From: Candidatus Asbonarchaeaceae archaeon
GTDB taxonomy: Archaea; Nanohalarchaeota; Nanosalinia; Nanosalinales; Nanohalalkaliarchaeaceae
Length of the DNA: 39,167 nucleotides
NCBI GenBank assembly: GCA_034190585.1
Contig: JAXIOB010000004.1
Location: 1-39,167, forward strand
Direction: 5' to 3'
Shown here piece by piece: positions 7,534 to 15,814 of the stretch. The notes beneath the pieces are model-generated. The model worked only from the letters and a program-made list of their open reading frames with translations, had not been told where the DNA came from and did no database searches. Positions within the stretch are counted from its first letter, which is position 1. Every line of letters begins with the position of its first letter. The position numbers were made by a program, and so were the translations under genes.

Positions 7534-9485
7534 CCGCCTCCCGGAAAGGCTACGTCCACGCACTGGAAGGCGTTATCGCAGCGCTTATCGTTGTCGTCTA
7601 CCTGAACTCCATCGTCTCCGTCCCCAGTACCACGGACTGGGAGACCGCCCGGATATCAAAAGAGTCCGAGGACATGCTGGCCGCACTGGACAGATCCGGG
7701 TTCATGGACAGGGTCGTGCTGCAGAACGACCCGGAAAGCTTCAACGCGTTCGTGAACACGCTCAGCAGCTCTGCCTCATACTCGATACAGGTATCAGGCC
7801 TGCCCAAACAGTTCATCGATGTCGGCGTCCTGGCGCCCAACTCCTCCACCGTCCGTGCAGAAACCGCTGCGCAGGAAACACAGCCGCCAGGGGTTCCTGC
7901 CTCCGTCGACAGCAGCGGGTTCCGCACCGGAACGGTTACCGGCGACGGGTTCAACAATCTTGATATCGCCCTCGCCGACACCGTCAAGAACGGTATCACC
8001 GGTTTCAGCACCGTCAGCGTCGACCTGGACGATGATGGCGACTTCAGCGGGCCCGGCGAAGGCCCGTACAACTTCAGCGAACGGTTCACATGTGACGGCA
8101 CCGATACCGGATGCACGTTCACCGAGATATACGAGTTCGGTCCGTTCAATACAACGGTCCCGGTGTACAACGCCTCCACTGCTGCCGGGTTATCGTCGAA
8201 GATATCGGAGATGGAGATCGGCCGCCGCACGGTCAACATCAGCTTCGACGCGGTCAACCCGTTCGACGAACGCCTCACCCGGTTCGACACGCTCTGGATA
8301 GAGAACCTGGATGCCGGCGGGATAGCGGAGCACAGCCGCCATATCGAGAACTTCCTCAGGCGGGGCCGGATGTTGCTTATCCACTCGAGCGTGGACAGGG
8401 CCGCCATCGATGCGAACTATCTCGGTGAACTCGGGTTCGACTATATCCAGGAATATCAGGTCGACGGAAGCGACAACCGGAACGTCCTGTTCAGTCTTCA
8501 TGGCCCGCGCAACGAGTCGTACCGTCCGGCCCAGTACTACCTTGACGGCGGCATCCGTATCACAGACTTCACCGGCAGCGGCGGGTTCGACACCGCATCC
8601 TTCACACTCCGAGGCCAGGACATCACGGCGCGGCGGTGGGATGACCAGGTATCATTCAGCACCTCCGCCTTCCAGGTCAACCATTCCACAGGCTCCCGTG
8701 CGACCATCACCGGGAACACCTACCGTATCGACACCCTGCGGCCGCTGGTGCTCGAACCCGTCGGGCAGCAGACGTTCGACACGTTCAACACGGAACGGGT
8801 CGACGCCGAATACCATCTGACACGGATGGCGCACCGCACCTACAACATCACCCAGTACGACCGGACTGCTGATTACGACAACCAGTTCGAAGAACGCTCT
8901 GACCTGCCGGGGCAGTACAGCGACGGACCGGTGAACACGCCGTGCGACCCTGACGACAACCCGTACCGGCTCGGCGACATCACCGTCGACGGCACCTCGT
9001 ACACGTTTATCATGGTCAACTTCGAACCAGAACAGCCCTGCGACGGGTACTACGAGTTCCTGTACATGGACCTGAACGACGACGGCGACGTCGACGACGA
9101 CTCCCTGTCCGAATCCTCCCACGAAGGTCCGTACCAGGAAGGATACCGCATCAATATTTCGGGCGAACCCTACGAGGTGTCGCTCAGCCTTGACGGAACC
9201 GAGATCAAGCTCACCCGGATCGGACAGCGGCTGGTCGGCGAGATCCCGGTGTCGCGGGACATGTTCGGCCGCGGCGGGGCGGCGGCGCTCGTCCGGCGGC
9301 CGGCGCTCGGCCACGACGATGCAGCACTGCTGACAGCATTGATGGCGCGGGAGACGCAGGAACAGCAGGCGTTCACCGCTCCACGGACTCTCGGCGACAC
9401 GTCGATAGGGTACACGCGGCTCAGTTCCGCGGGACGCAAAAACACGTTCGGCTACACGCTGGAAACCGTGTGGTGGTTCCAGTGA
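7524..9485 (+). CDS. Large (653 aa) pilin-like surface protein with DxDxDG-type putative Ca-binding loops
   Basis: The N-terminus is MELTASRKG|YVHALEGVIAALIVVVYLNSI. It has two acidic loops, VDLDDDGDFSGPGEGPY and MDLNDDGDVDDDSLSESSHEGPY. Its start overlaps the upstream gene by 10 nt. Confidence 0.65.
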   Translation: MELTASRKGYVHALEGVIAALIVVVYLNSIVSVPSTTDWETARISKESEDMLAALDRSGFMDRVVLQNDPESFNAFVNTLSSSASYSIQVSGLPKQFIDVGVLAPNSSTVRAETAAQETQPPGVPASVDSSGFRTGTVTGDGFNNLDIALADTVKNGITGFSTVSVDLDDDGDFSGPGEGPYNFSERFTCDGTDTGCTFTEIYEFGPFNTTVPVYNASTAAGLSSKISEMEIGRRTVNISFDAVNPFDERLTRFDTLWIENLDAGGIAEHSRHIENFLRRGRMLLIHSSVDRAAIDANYLGELGFDYIQEYQVDGSDNRNVLFSLHGPRNESYRPAQYYLDGGIRITDFTGSGGFDTASFTLRGQDITARRWDDQVSFSTSAFQVNHSTGSRATITGNTYRIDTLRPLVLEPVGQQTFDTFNTERVDAEYHLTRMAHRTYNITQYDRTADYDNQFEERSDLPGQYSDGPVNTPCDPDDNPYRLGDITVDGTSYTFIMVNFEPEQPCDGYYEFLYMDLNDDGDVDDDSLSESSHEGPYQEGYRINISGEPYEVSLSLDGTEIKLTRIGQRLVGEIPVSRDMFGRGGAAALVRRPALGHDDAALLTALMARETQEQQAFTAPRTLGDTSIGYTRLSSAGRKNTFGYTLETVWWFQ

Positions 9486-10804
9486 TCCGTCGCGGCCAGT
9501 TCTTCATCATCACCGCCGTCCTTATCGCCGGCGCGCTACTGTCGACCACAACCCTCATCGCCTCGTCACAGACCGTCGACTACAACACGGTGCTGGAACG
9601 CCACGCAACCGGGTACGTGTCGAACGCCGCCAGTGAGATCCGTTCGGAGTGGTGGAATATCTCGTGGAGCATGCGGAAGACGGCGGTCCTCGAGGAGCGC
9701 AGCGGCCAGTTCCTCGACAACGAGTCCGTCAGCGTCACGCTGGACGCGAAGCCGGGACTTGTCCAGGACGACTGTGATGATATCCGCATCATAGCGGACG
9801 GCGAGGAACGGCCCTGGCTCAACACCACTGCCTGCGAGATCGACACCTACACCGCAGCGATCGACGGTGTGGCACGGTACAGACTGGACAACAGCAGCGG
9901 CGACACCGCCTACGATACGACTGGCCACGGCCACCACGGCTCCCTGACCGGCGACCCGCAGTGGGTGAGCGGCAAGTTCGACAACGGTCTCGCGACCGAC
10001 AGCGATGACAGTGTGGAGGTCCCGGACGCGAACGCACTCGACTTCACCGGTGACGGGTTCACCGTCGCCTTCTGGCTGCAGCCCCGCGGCACACCTGACG
10101 GCGACCGGCGGCAGCTGTTCGTCAAGGGCGACGGCACGTCAAACGGCGGCAGGAACTATGCGATGTGGCTGCGGCCGAACGCCAACACCATCCACTTCCG
10201 TGTCGACCCCGGGAACCAGGGAATCTCCGCGACCGGTACAGAACTGGACGTCGGCCGGTGGTACCACATCGCCGGCGTCTACGACCCGGACAACAACGAG
10301 CTCCGGTTCTACCTGGACGGCGACCTCGACGGCAGCCGCTCCGGCGTGACGATGGACAGCGACTCGGACAACGACGGCAGCCTCCACCTCGGCGAATCCC
10401 CGAACTACCCTGCTGCCGACATGGTCATCGACGATTTCCGCGTGTACAACCGGACGCTCCCGGTCGAGAAGATAGAGGGTATCGCACGGAACGGGATCGG
10501 CCTCGACATGGCAGCCGACCTGATCCCGAAGGAGGAGAAACCGGTCCACATCTACTACAACAACCCGGCAGCCCGCGACCCTGGCTACGATGGGACGTCT
10601 ATCCAGACGACAGCCCTCGACGACCGGCCGACCGCGTCGGTCGGTGCCGCCCGCTCCATCGACGAGATCATGCGCAAGATGGAGGAGAACGTCCAGCGGC
10701 TGGACAGGGCTATCGGCGCCGACCTCCGCCTCGTCCTTCGCGAGGGCTGCAACCAGCTGGAGCTCGTGTCGCCGCAGATATCGCTCCGCGAAACAGTATG
10801 CTAG
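9482..10804 (+). CDS. Modular pilin-like protein carrying a LamG / concanavalin A-like lectin domain
   Basis: The ORF is open from GTG 9470. I prefer GTG 9482 because it gives a GTGA overlap with the upstream stop and the N-terminus MIRRG|QFFIITAVLIAGALL, parallel to MVRRGQ of ORF 2504. The LamG signature is GHGHHGSLTGDPQWVSGKFDNGL...DALDFTGDGFTVAFWLQP...WYHIAGVYDPDNNELRFYLDGDL...MVIDDFRVYNRTLPVEKIEGI. Confidence 0.8.
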   Translation: MIRRGQFFIITAVLIAGALLSTTTLIASSQTVDYNTVLERHATGYVSNAASEIRSEWWNISWSMRKTAVLEERSGQFLDNESVSVTLDAKPGLVQDDCDDIRIIADGEERPWLNTTACEIDTYTAAIDGVARYRLDNSSGDTAYDTTGHGHHGSLTGDPQWVSGKFDNGLATDSDDSVEVPDANALDFTGDGFTVAFWLQPRGTPDGDRRQLFVKGDGTSNGGRNYAMWLRPNANTIHFRVDPGNQGISATGTELDVGRWYHIAGVYDPDNNELRFYLDGDLDGSRSGVTMDSDSDNDGSLHLGESPNYPAADMVIDDFRVYNRTLPVEKIEGIARNGIGLDMAADLIPKEEKPVHIYYNNPAARDPGYDGTSIQTTALDDRPTASVGAARSIDEIMRKMEENVQRLDRAIGADLRLVLREGCNQLELVSPQISLRETVC

Positions 10805-10823
10805 CGGGGACTGACCCCGCTAG
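10801..10823. terminator. Perfect 9-bp inverted repeat (5-nt loop) between convergent genes; candidate bidirectional terminator
   Basis: CTAGCGGGG-ACTGA-CCCCGCTAG. The left arm contains the TAG stop of the + gene (10802-10804). The right arm contains the stop of the - gene (10820-10822). Confidence 0.5.
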
Positions 10824-12013
10824 AATTCATCGATGTACTCTATCTCCTTCTCCTCCAGCCCCAGGTCCCGGACCAGCGTCTCCCGCAGCTCCTCGTCCTG
10901 GAACAGGAACTGGAGGAACGGGATGAAGTCCGTCGCGGTCGCCGCCGACAGGTGCAGCTCCTCTCCCATTTTCCGCCCGATACTGTCCCGGCGGTTCCGT
11001 GCTGCACGGGTCTGCCCCATGCGGCGGATGCTGGACGGGTAGCTGTACTTCGTCCACCCGGAGTACTTCTCCTCCTTGGACAGCGCCACGCCGACCGTCG
11101 CAAGATTGTACACGTACTTCAACAGGGACCAGTCCTGCCGCTGCTCCATCCGCCCCCGGAACAGGTCCGCGGCCGCAAGGTTCGTATATGCCCGGGCCAG
11201 GTCGCCGGGCTTCGTGTACTCCTTCGGTACGTTCTCACGGATCCAGGCGACGAACGTTCCGTAGTCCTCGTCGACCCCGTCGGTCGCGTCGGACGCGGTC
11301 GCCGCGGTCGTCGTCTTGAACACGATCTTCAATGCCTCGAAGATGTCACGCTCTGTCTCCCGGTACCCCAGCTCCTTCACATCCCCCTCCGTCAATGTGT
11401 CGGTGGCGAGGCTTTCCAGGTCGTTGATAGCGGACCGCATGTCCCCGTCGGCACGCTGCGCGATCGCCTTCACCGCAGCGTCGTCGTACTCGATATCCTC
11501 TTCCTCACAGATTTCCCGCAGCCGCGCCGCGATCGAGTTCGTGTGGACGTTGCCGAGCTCGACCGTCTTGCACTTGTTCCGCAGTGTCTGCATGCCCGAC
11601 GCGTACGGGTCGTTCGCGGTCAGCACCATCGGGAACCGTGTCTCGTCCACCAGGCCTGTGATGATCTTCCGGCCGCCCCGGTCGCTGCGTCCCATCCCAT
11701 CCACCTCGTCCACCAGCACCAGCTTCTGCTTCCCTGTAAAAGACCGCTGTTTCACCGCCTGCTCCAGCTTCTCCTGCACCGCGGTCTTCGTCCGTGCATC
11801 GCTCGCGTTCGTCTCGAACAGCTCCATCCCGAGCTCGTTCGCAAGTGCGTGTACCAATGCGGTCTTCCCGGAGCCCGGCGGGCCGTGCAGTAACAGGGCG
11901 GAGTCGCCCTGATTCCAGTCCTTTACCCACTGCCGCACCTCCTGTATCTCGCTGCTGCTTCCCTTGAACCCGTCGAGCGTCTCCGGCCGGTATGTTTCGG
12001 TCCACATACCCAT
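10820..12013 (-). CDS. rfcL: Replication factor C large subunit
   Basis: The N-terminus is MGMWTETYRPETLDGFKGSSSEIQEVRQWVKDW. The AAA+ Walker A is LLLHGPPGSGKTALVHALA. It also has ETNASDART, a Walker B (LVLVDEVDGM) and a sensor region. An alternative start is ATG 12007. Confidence 0.9.
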   Translation of the reverse strand: MGMWTETYRPETLDGFKGSSSEIQEVRQWVKDWNQGDSALLLHGPPGSGKTALVHALANELGMELFETNASDARTKTAVQEKLEQAVKQRSFTGKQKLVLVDEVDGMGRSDRGGRKIITGLVDETRFPMVLTANDPYASGMQTLRNKCKTVELGNVHTNSIAARLREICEEEDIEYDDAAVKAIAQRADGDMRSAINDLESLATDTLTEGDVKELGYRETERDIFEALKIVFKTTTAATASDATDGVDEDYGTFVAWIRENVPKEYTKPGDLARAYTNLAAADLFRGRMEQRQDWSLLKYVYNLATVGVALSKEEKYSGWTKYSYPSSIRRMGQTRAARNRRDSIGRKMGEELHLSAATATDFIPFLQFLFQDEELRETLVRDLGLEEKEIEYIDEF

Positions 12014-12038
12014 TGGTCATGCTACGGAATATTTTATG

Positions 12039-13115
12039 TCACGTGCTATCCCACGTCCACCGAATGTTGGCGCCATAGTTGATGAAGAATGCTGCGCCGA
12101 TCGCCACAAGATTTGAGATCAGGTAGTAAACCGCGAAAATATCGGTTAGAGCCCAGAGAACGGCTAAATTGACAGCACCGCCAGCCGCTGATACCACATG
12201 GTACTGATATAACCGTTGCAGCAGGTTTCGCATCCCTTCATCACCGGTATCAGGAAAGGTCCATCTGTCGTGAAATGCAAAGTTGAACAGCATCGCGCTC
12301 TCAGCAGCTGCTGTCGCTGAAAACAGATAGAAAACTCCCATGATATCTGTCAGTGCGTAGAGGATTCCCATGTTGACAAATACCCCGAGTCCGCCGACAG
12401 TTCCGAACTTCAATATCTTCTGGTTCTTTTCGATCGCAAGTCGGCCCAGCAACCAAAGGTTATCTATCAGGTCGCGTGTAGTGTATTTTGGGGAGCCTGC
12501 CCGTCGGCGCCGAAACGTGATGGGAACTTCTGTCGCCGTATTGCCGGCGTTGAGGACGGTGAATAATGACGCTGCTTGGAAATGAAACCTGTCGGGCAGT
12601 GAAGCATTAACGATTGTGTTTGCCGCCTCACGTGAATAGGCTTTGAAACCGCTTGTAACATCCTTCACGGGCGATTGCAATAGCACACGATACAGGTAGC
12701 TACCGAGGTATGGAAAGATGCGGCGGTGAAGCGGGTCTTGTCGGTCCCCTCCATCAACGTACCGTGACCCGACTGCGATGTCGTTTCCATCGCGAACGGA
12801 CGCAACTAAGTCCATGATATGCTCTGGCGGATGCGAGAAATCAGCATCCATCTGAACAATGATGTCGCCCTCGGCCGCCGCAAATCCCTTCTGGTACGCT
12901 GCGCCGATTCCATGCCGGGTATCGTTCAATATCGCTCGAACCCTGTCGTTTTGAGCAGTTAACTTCTCCAGTGTCGCTGCGGTGCCATCGGTTGAGCCGC
13001 CGTCCACGACGATAATTTCGTAATCCTCTCCATCAATCGCGTCCTCGACCAAGCCAATCAGGTCTTCGATGTTGGGAAATTCATTATAGGTAGGGATAAC
13101 TATCGAAATATCCAT
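12039..13115 (-). CDS. GT2 polyprenyl/dolichyl-phosphate glycosyltransferase (DPM1/Ppm1-like) fused to a C-terminal GtrA-like membrane domain
   Basis: The GT2 motifs are ISIVIPTYNEFPNIEDL, YEIIVVDGGSTDGT and IVQMDADFSHPP. The C-terminal four-helix segment is KFGTVGGLGVFVNMGILYALTD...VVSAAGGAVNLAVLWALTD. Confidence 0.85.
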   Translation of the reverse strand: MDISIVIPTYNEFPNIEDLIGLVEDAIDGEDYEIIVVDGGSTDGTAATLEKLTAQNDRVRAILNDTRHGIGAAYQKGFAAAEGDIIVQMDADFSHPPEHIMDLVASVRDGNDIAVGSRYVDGGDRQDPLHRRIFPYLGSYLYRVLLQSPVKDVTSGFKAYSREAANTIVNASLPDRFHFQAASLFTVLNAGNTATEVPITFRRRRAGSPKYTTRDLIDNLWLLGRLAIEKNQKILKFGTVGGLGVFVNMGILYALTDIMGVFYLFSATAAAESAMLFNFAFHDRWTFPDTGDEGMRNLLQRLYQYHVVSAAGGAVNLAVLWALTDIFAVYYLISNLVAIGAAFFINYGANIRWTWDST

Positions 13116-13119
13116 GGTA

Positions 13120-13899
13120 TCATTCCTGTGGGGCTATGACGCTGCCGAACGTCTCTCCATCTAACGCGTCCCTGATATTTCCTTCCGTGGTTCCTGAGAA
13201 AATATGCCCTTGCTGCTCGTATTCAAACAGTGAACGAACCTTGTTTTCCATTCCCCCGCTCGCATCGTAGCGCGCCGATGGACTGAATACTGAGCTGTCG
13301 AATGATTCTATCGTATCTAGCTTCGTGGCATTGTCCTCCGCAGGGGTTCGGTCGTAAACACCGTCAACGTCAGTTGCGTGGAGCACGATATCTGCGTCGA
13401 TCTCCTGAGCCATCGCTGCGGCCAGTACGTCGCCTGATAACACTGCTGCCGTCTTCTTTTCATCATAGGCCGGAACCCCGAAGAGAACGGGAACTATTCC
13501 TTGAGAAATAAGCGGGCAAATAGCCTTAGTGTAAAAATTGTCCAACCGTCCTTCGACCATCATGGCAGCTGTTGACGGCTGAGCGGGAAAGGCAGGAATT
13601 CCTGCCTCCTGAAGCTTGCTTGTGAAAATGCAATTGAGCTCGTTTTGCAGCCGCTGGATGCGGGCGAAATCCTGTCTGTTTTGGGTAGATGTTATCCCGG
13701 TCCACAAACCTGTGTTTGACGCAGCAGGGTGGCCATACGACCCCGACCCGTGGACCAGTACAATACTGTCATCGAAGGAGGTTATCTCCTCCGCTGCCCG
13801 CTGCATCATCCTCCGGTCAGGCTGCGGCGAATCAGAGTACTTGTCAGTTATTATACTGCCGCCAACTTTTAGCACAACACTTTCGTATGAATCAGGCAT
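13120..13899 (-). CDS. ipk: Isopentenyl phosphate kinase (amino-acid-kinase fold; IPK/FomA family)
   Basis: Motifs are VVLKVGGSIITDK, IVLVHGSGSYGHPAAS and LHATDVDGVYDRTP...DASGGMENKV. The length is 259 aa. Confidence 0.8.
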   Translation of the reverse strand: MPDSYESVVLKVGGSIITDKYSDSPQPDRRMMQRAAEEITSFDDSIVLVHGSGSYGHPAASNTGLWTGITSTQNRQDFARIQRLQNELNCIFTSKLQEAGIPAFPAQPSTAAMMVEGRLDNFYTKAICPLISQGIVPVLFGVPAYDEKKTAAVLSGDVLAAAMAQEIDADIVLHATDVDGVYDRTPAEDNATKLDTIESFDSSVFSPSARYDASGGMENKVRSLFEYEQQGHIFSGTTEGNIRDALDGETFGSVIAPQE

Positions 13900-13920
13900 A
13901 CCTGGATTTATCTCCGCAGA

Positions 13921-13965
13921 ACTTTTATCTATACCGTAAAGGAAAGAAAGAAAAAGATTTTAATG
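13921..13965. promoter_or_regulatory. A/T-rich divergent promoter region between ipk (-) and the GT2 operon (+)
   Basis: acttttatctata lies about 22-34 nt from the ipk start on the minus strand. gattttaatgcc lies about 15-25 nt upstream of ATG 13979. Confidence 0.3.
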
Positions 13966-13978
13966 CCTTTTAACCGCT

Positions 13979-14827
13979 ATGAATACTTATTCAGTTCTCA
14001 TTCCGGTCCACAACGAGAGCGATACCATCGGCGACATTTTGGACAGCGTCATGGAGTCTGAGACTCCTGAACTGTTTGCTCAGGAGGATGTCGTGGTTGT
14101 AGCGTCAGGGTGCACCGACAGCACCATTGAAATCGTACGGGGATATGATGAGGTGACGCTAATTGAGGAAGAATCCCGGAATGGGAAGTCGGCGGCGATT
14201 CGCGAAGGACTTGAAAAGATTTCTTCTGACATTGTCGTGCTTTCGAGTGGAGATCTTCGCTGGGAGGATGGGACACTTGACGCGCTTCTTGAACCGTTCC
14301 GTGACGAGGCGGTAGGTGTCGCCACTTCCCGTCCGATACCGAACGATGATATTTCAGGTGTGACAAGATTGTACAATCAATCTGTGTGGGACATCCACCA
14401 TTATCTTTCCAAACGACAGCCTAAGGCAGGAGAACTTATCGCATTCCGGAACGTAATCAGAAATATTCCAGAAAAATGTGTCGCTGATGAGGAGTATATT
14501 GCTCAGAGTTTGGAACAAGAATATGAGAAGGTGTATGCAATGGATGCAGTGGTCCAAAATTTCCCGCCTGATTCCTTCGCCCAACTGTACAGACAGCGGC
14601 GTCGTGTCTTCCTAGGCCACCTAGACCTTCTTTCAAAGGAGGGGTACTGTGCGCCATCGGTACGGAACGGATTATTGTTTCGAAGTCTTTGGGAATATAT
14701 GCGGAAGGAGGGCTATGACTGGCGGCTAGCATTGGTTGCCGGTGTGGAACTTATTTGCCGTGGTGACGCTGTCCTACGGTATCTCGTGAACGGTGAGAAG
14801 CCTTACATATGGGAGCAGGTGGAATAA
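13979..14827 (+). CDS. Glycosyltransferase family 2
   Basis: The N-terminus is YSVLIPVHNESDTIGDILDSV. Further motifs are VVVVASGCTDSTIEIV and SRNGKSAAIREGL. It is the first gene of a four-gene + strand block. Confidence 0.75.
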   Translation: MNTYSVLIPVHNESDTIGDILDSVMESETPELFAQEDVVVVASGCTDSTIEIVRGYDEVTLIEEESRNGKSAAIREGLEKISSDIVVLSSGDLRWEDGTLDALLEPFRDEAVGVATSRPIPNDDISGVTRLYNQSVWDIHHYLSKRQPKAGELIAFRNVIRNIPEKCVADEEYIAQSLEQEYEKVYAMDAVVQNFPPDSFAQLYRQRRRVFLGHLDLLSKEGYCAPSVRNGLLFRSLWEYMRKEGYDWRLALVAGVELICRGDAVLRYLVNGEKPYIWEQVE

Positions 14828-14830
14828 CCT

Positions 14831-15790
14831 TTGGATTCCGATAAGTTGGATGAAATTTGGGAAGGAGATTCGTTTACGTGGTGTCAAAGCGGTGAGTTGC
14901 GTGACGGGTTAGAACATGCAGTATCCGGTGGGAAACGACTTCGAACGTTGCTCTGTCTACGTACATGCAATGCGCTCAATGGAGATCAAATGGAGGCTGA
15001 AGTGTTCGCACAGGCTGTTGAATCCTTGCACAATGCGACGCTTGTGCATGATGATATCCAGGACGGTGACGAGTTCCGGCGCGGTAAACCATCGATCTGG
15101 AAACAATATGGCAAGCCACAGGCAATTGGGATCGGAGAAGCACTATTCGCTGAAGGATACCGGCATATACTAGACCATCGTGACAGGTTCGGAACGTTGA
15201 AGTGTCTGCGGCTGCTTGAGATATACAATGAGGCCCAGCGGACCGTTATCGATGGGCAGGCAATGGATATCTCGTTTCGCAACCGCATGACGGTTTCAGA
15301 AGAGGAGTATATGCAGATGGCTCGGAAAAAGACCGGTGCACTTCTAACAGCCTCGCTCACTGGAGCTGCGGTAATAGCGCAATCAGACAGTGATGTGGTT
15401 GAACGACTGGAACAGGCTGGAAGATTTATCGGCCCGGCATTTCAAATACGAGATGACGTCATTGATATCAAGGAGAACGATAGCGGGCGTCGCGGAAATG
15501 ATATACGGGAGGGGAAACGCTCGCTTATCGTTGTTCACGCGTTTCAGCGATTATCGAAGGCCGATAAACAAGCTCTGGGTGATATACTTGACATGCCGCG
15601 TGACGCAACCACCGATGCGCAGGTAGACAGAGGTATTGAATTGATGGAACAGGCTTCAGCGGTTGAGGAAGCCCAAAAAACGGCCGAGAGATTGATCGAT
15701 GACGCCCGTGAACACCTTCGCGATGTTTCGGCTGATGGGTTCAAGGAGGTGTGTGATGTCGTCGATTTTTTGGTCGAACGCACATTTTAA
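14831..15790 (+). CDS. trans-Polyprenyl diphosphate synthase (GGPP synthase family; product chain length uncertain)
   Basis: The FARM is LVHDDIQDGDEFRRGKPS and the SARM is FQIRDDVID. It also has KTGALL and GKRS. The start is TTG, 3 nt after the upstream stop. Confidence 0.9.
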   Translation: MDSDKLDEIWEGDSFTWCQSGELRDGLEHAVSGGKRLRTLLCLRTCNALNGDQMEAEVFAQAVESLHNATLVHDDIQDGDEFRRGKPSIWKQYGKPQAIGIGEALFAEGYRHILDHRDRFGTLKCLRLLEIYNEAQRTVIDGQAMDISFRNRMTVSEEEYMQMARKKTGALLTASLTGAAVIAQSDSDVVERLEQAGRFIGPAFQIRDDVIDIKENDSGRRGNDIREGKRSLIVVHAFQRLSKADKQALGDILDMPRDATTDAQVDRGIELMEQASAVEEAQKTAERLIDDAREHLRDVSADGFKEVCDVVDFLVERTF

Positions 15791-15814
15791 ACCGTGACCT
15801 AATAACCATCCGAT

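Noticed and set aside
684-10804. Interpreting the filament operon as an archaellum (fla/arl) locus
   Set aside because: There is no FlaH/ArlH KaiC-like ATPase, no FlaF/FlaG, no FlaC/D/E and no recognisable archaellins. The platform is split, and the pilin-like proteins are heterogeneous and include a lectin fusion.
125-12020. Many long ORFs overlapping or antisense to the called genes in the high-GC left part (for example 125-556, 612-1028, 2290-2883, 2880-3401, 3259-3810, 5924-6673, 7598-8407, 8652-9314, 10165-10926, 10952-11893, 11505-12020)
   Set aside because: Their translations are Arg/Pro/Ala/Gly-rich with no recognisable motifs. They lie opposite or out of frame to ORFs with clear family signatures. 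Such shadow ORFs are expected in stop-codon-poor high-GC DNA.
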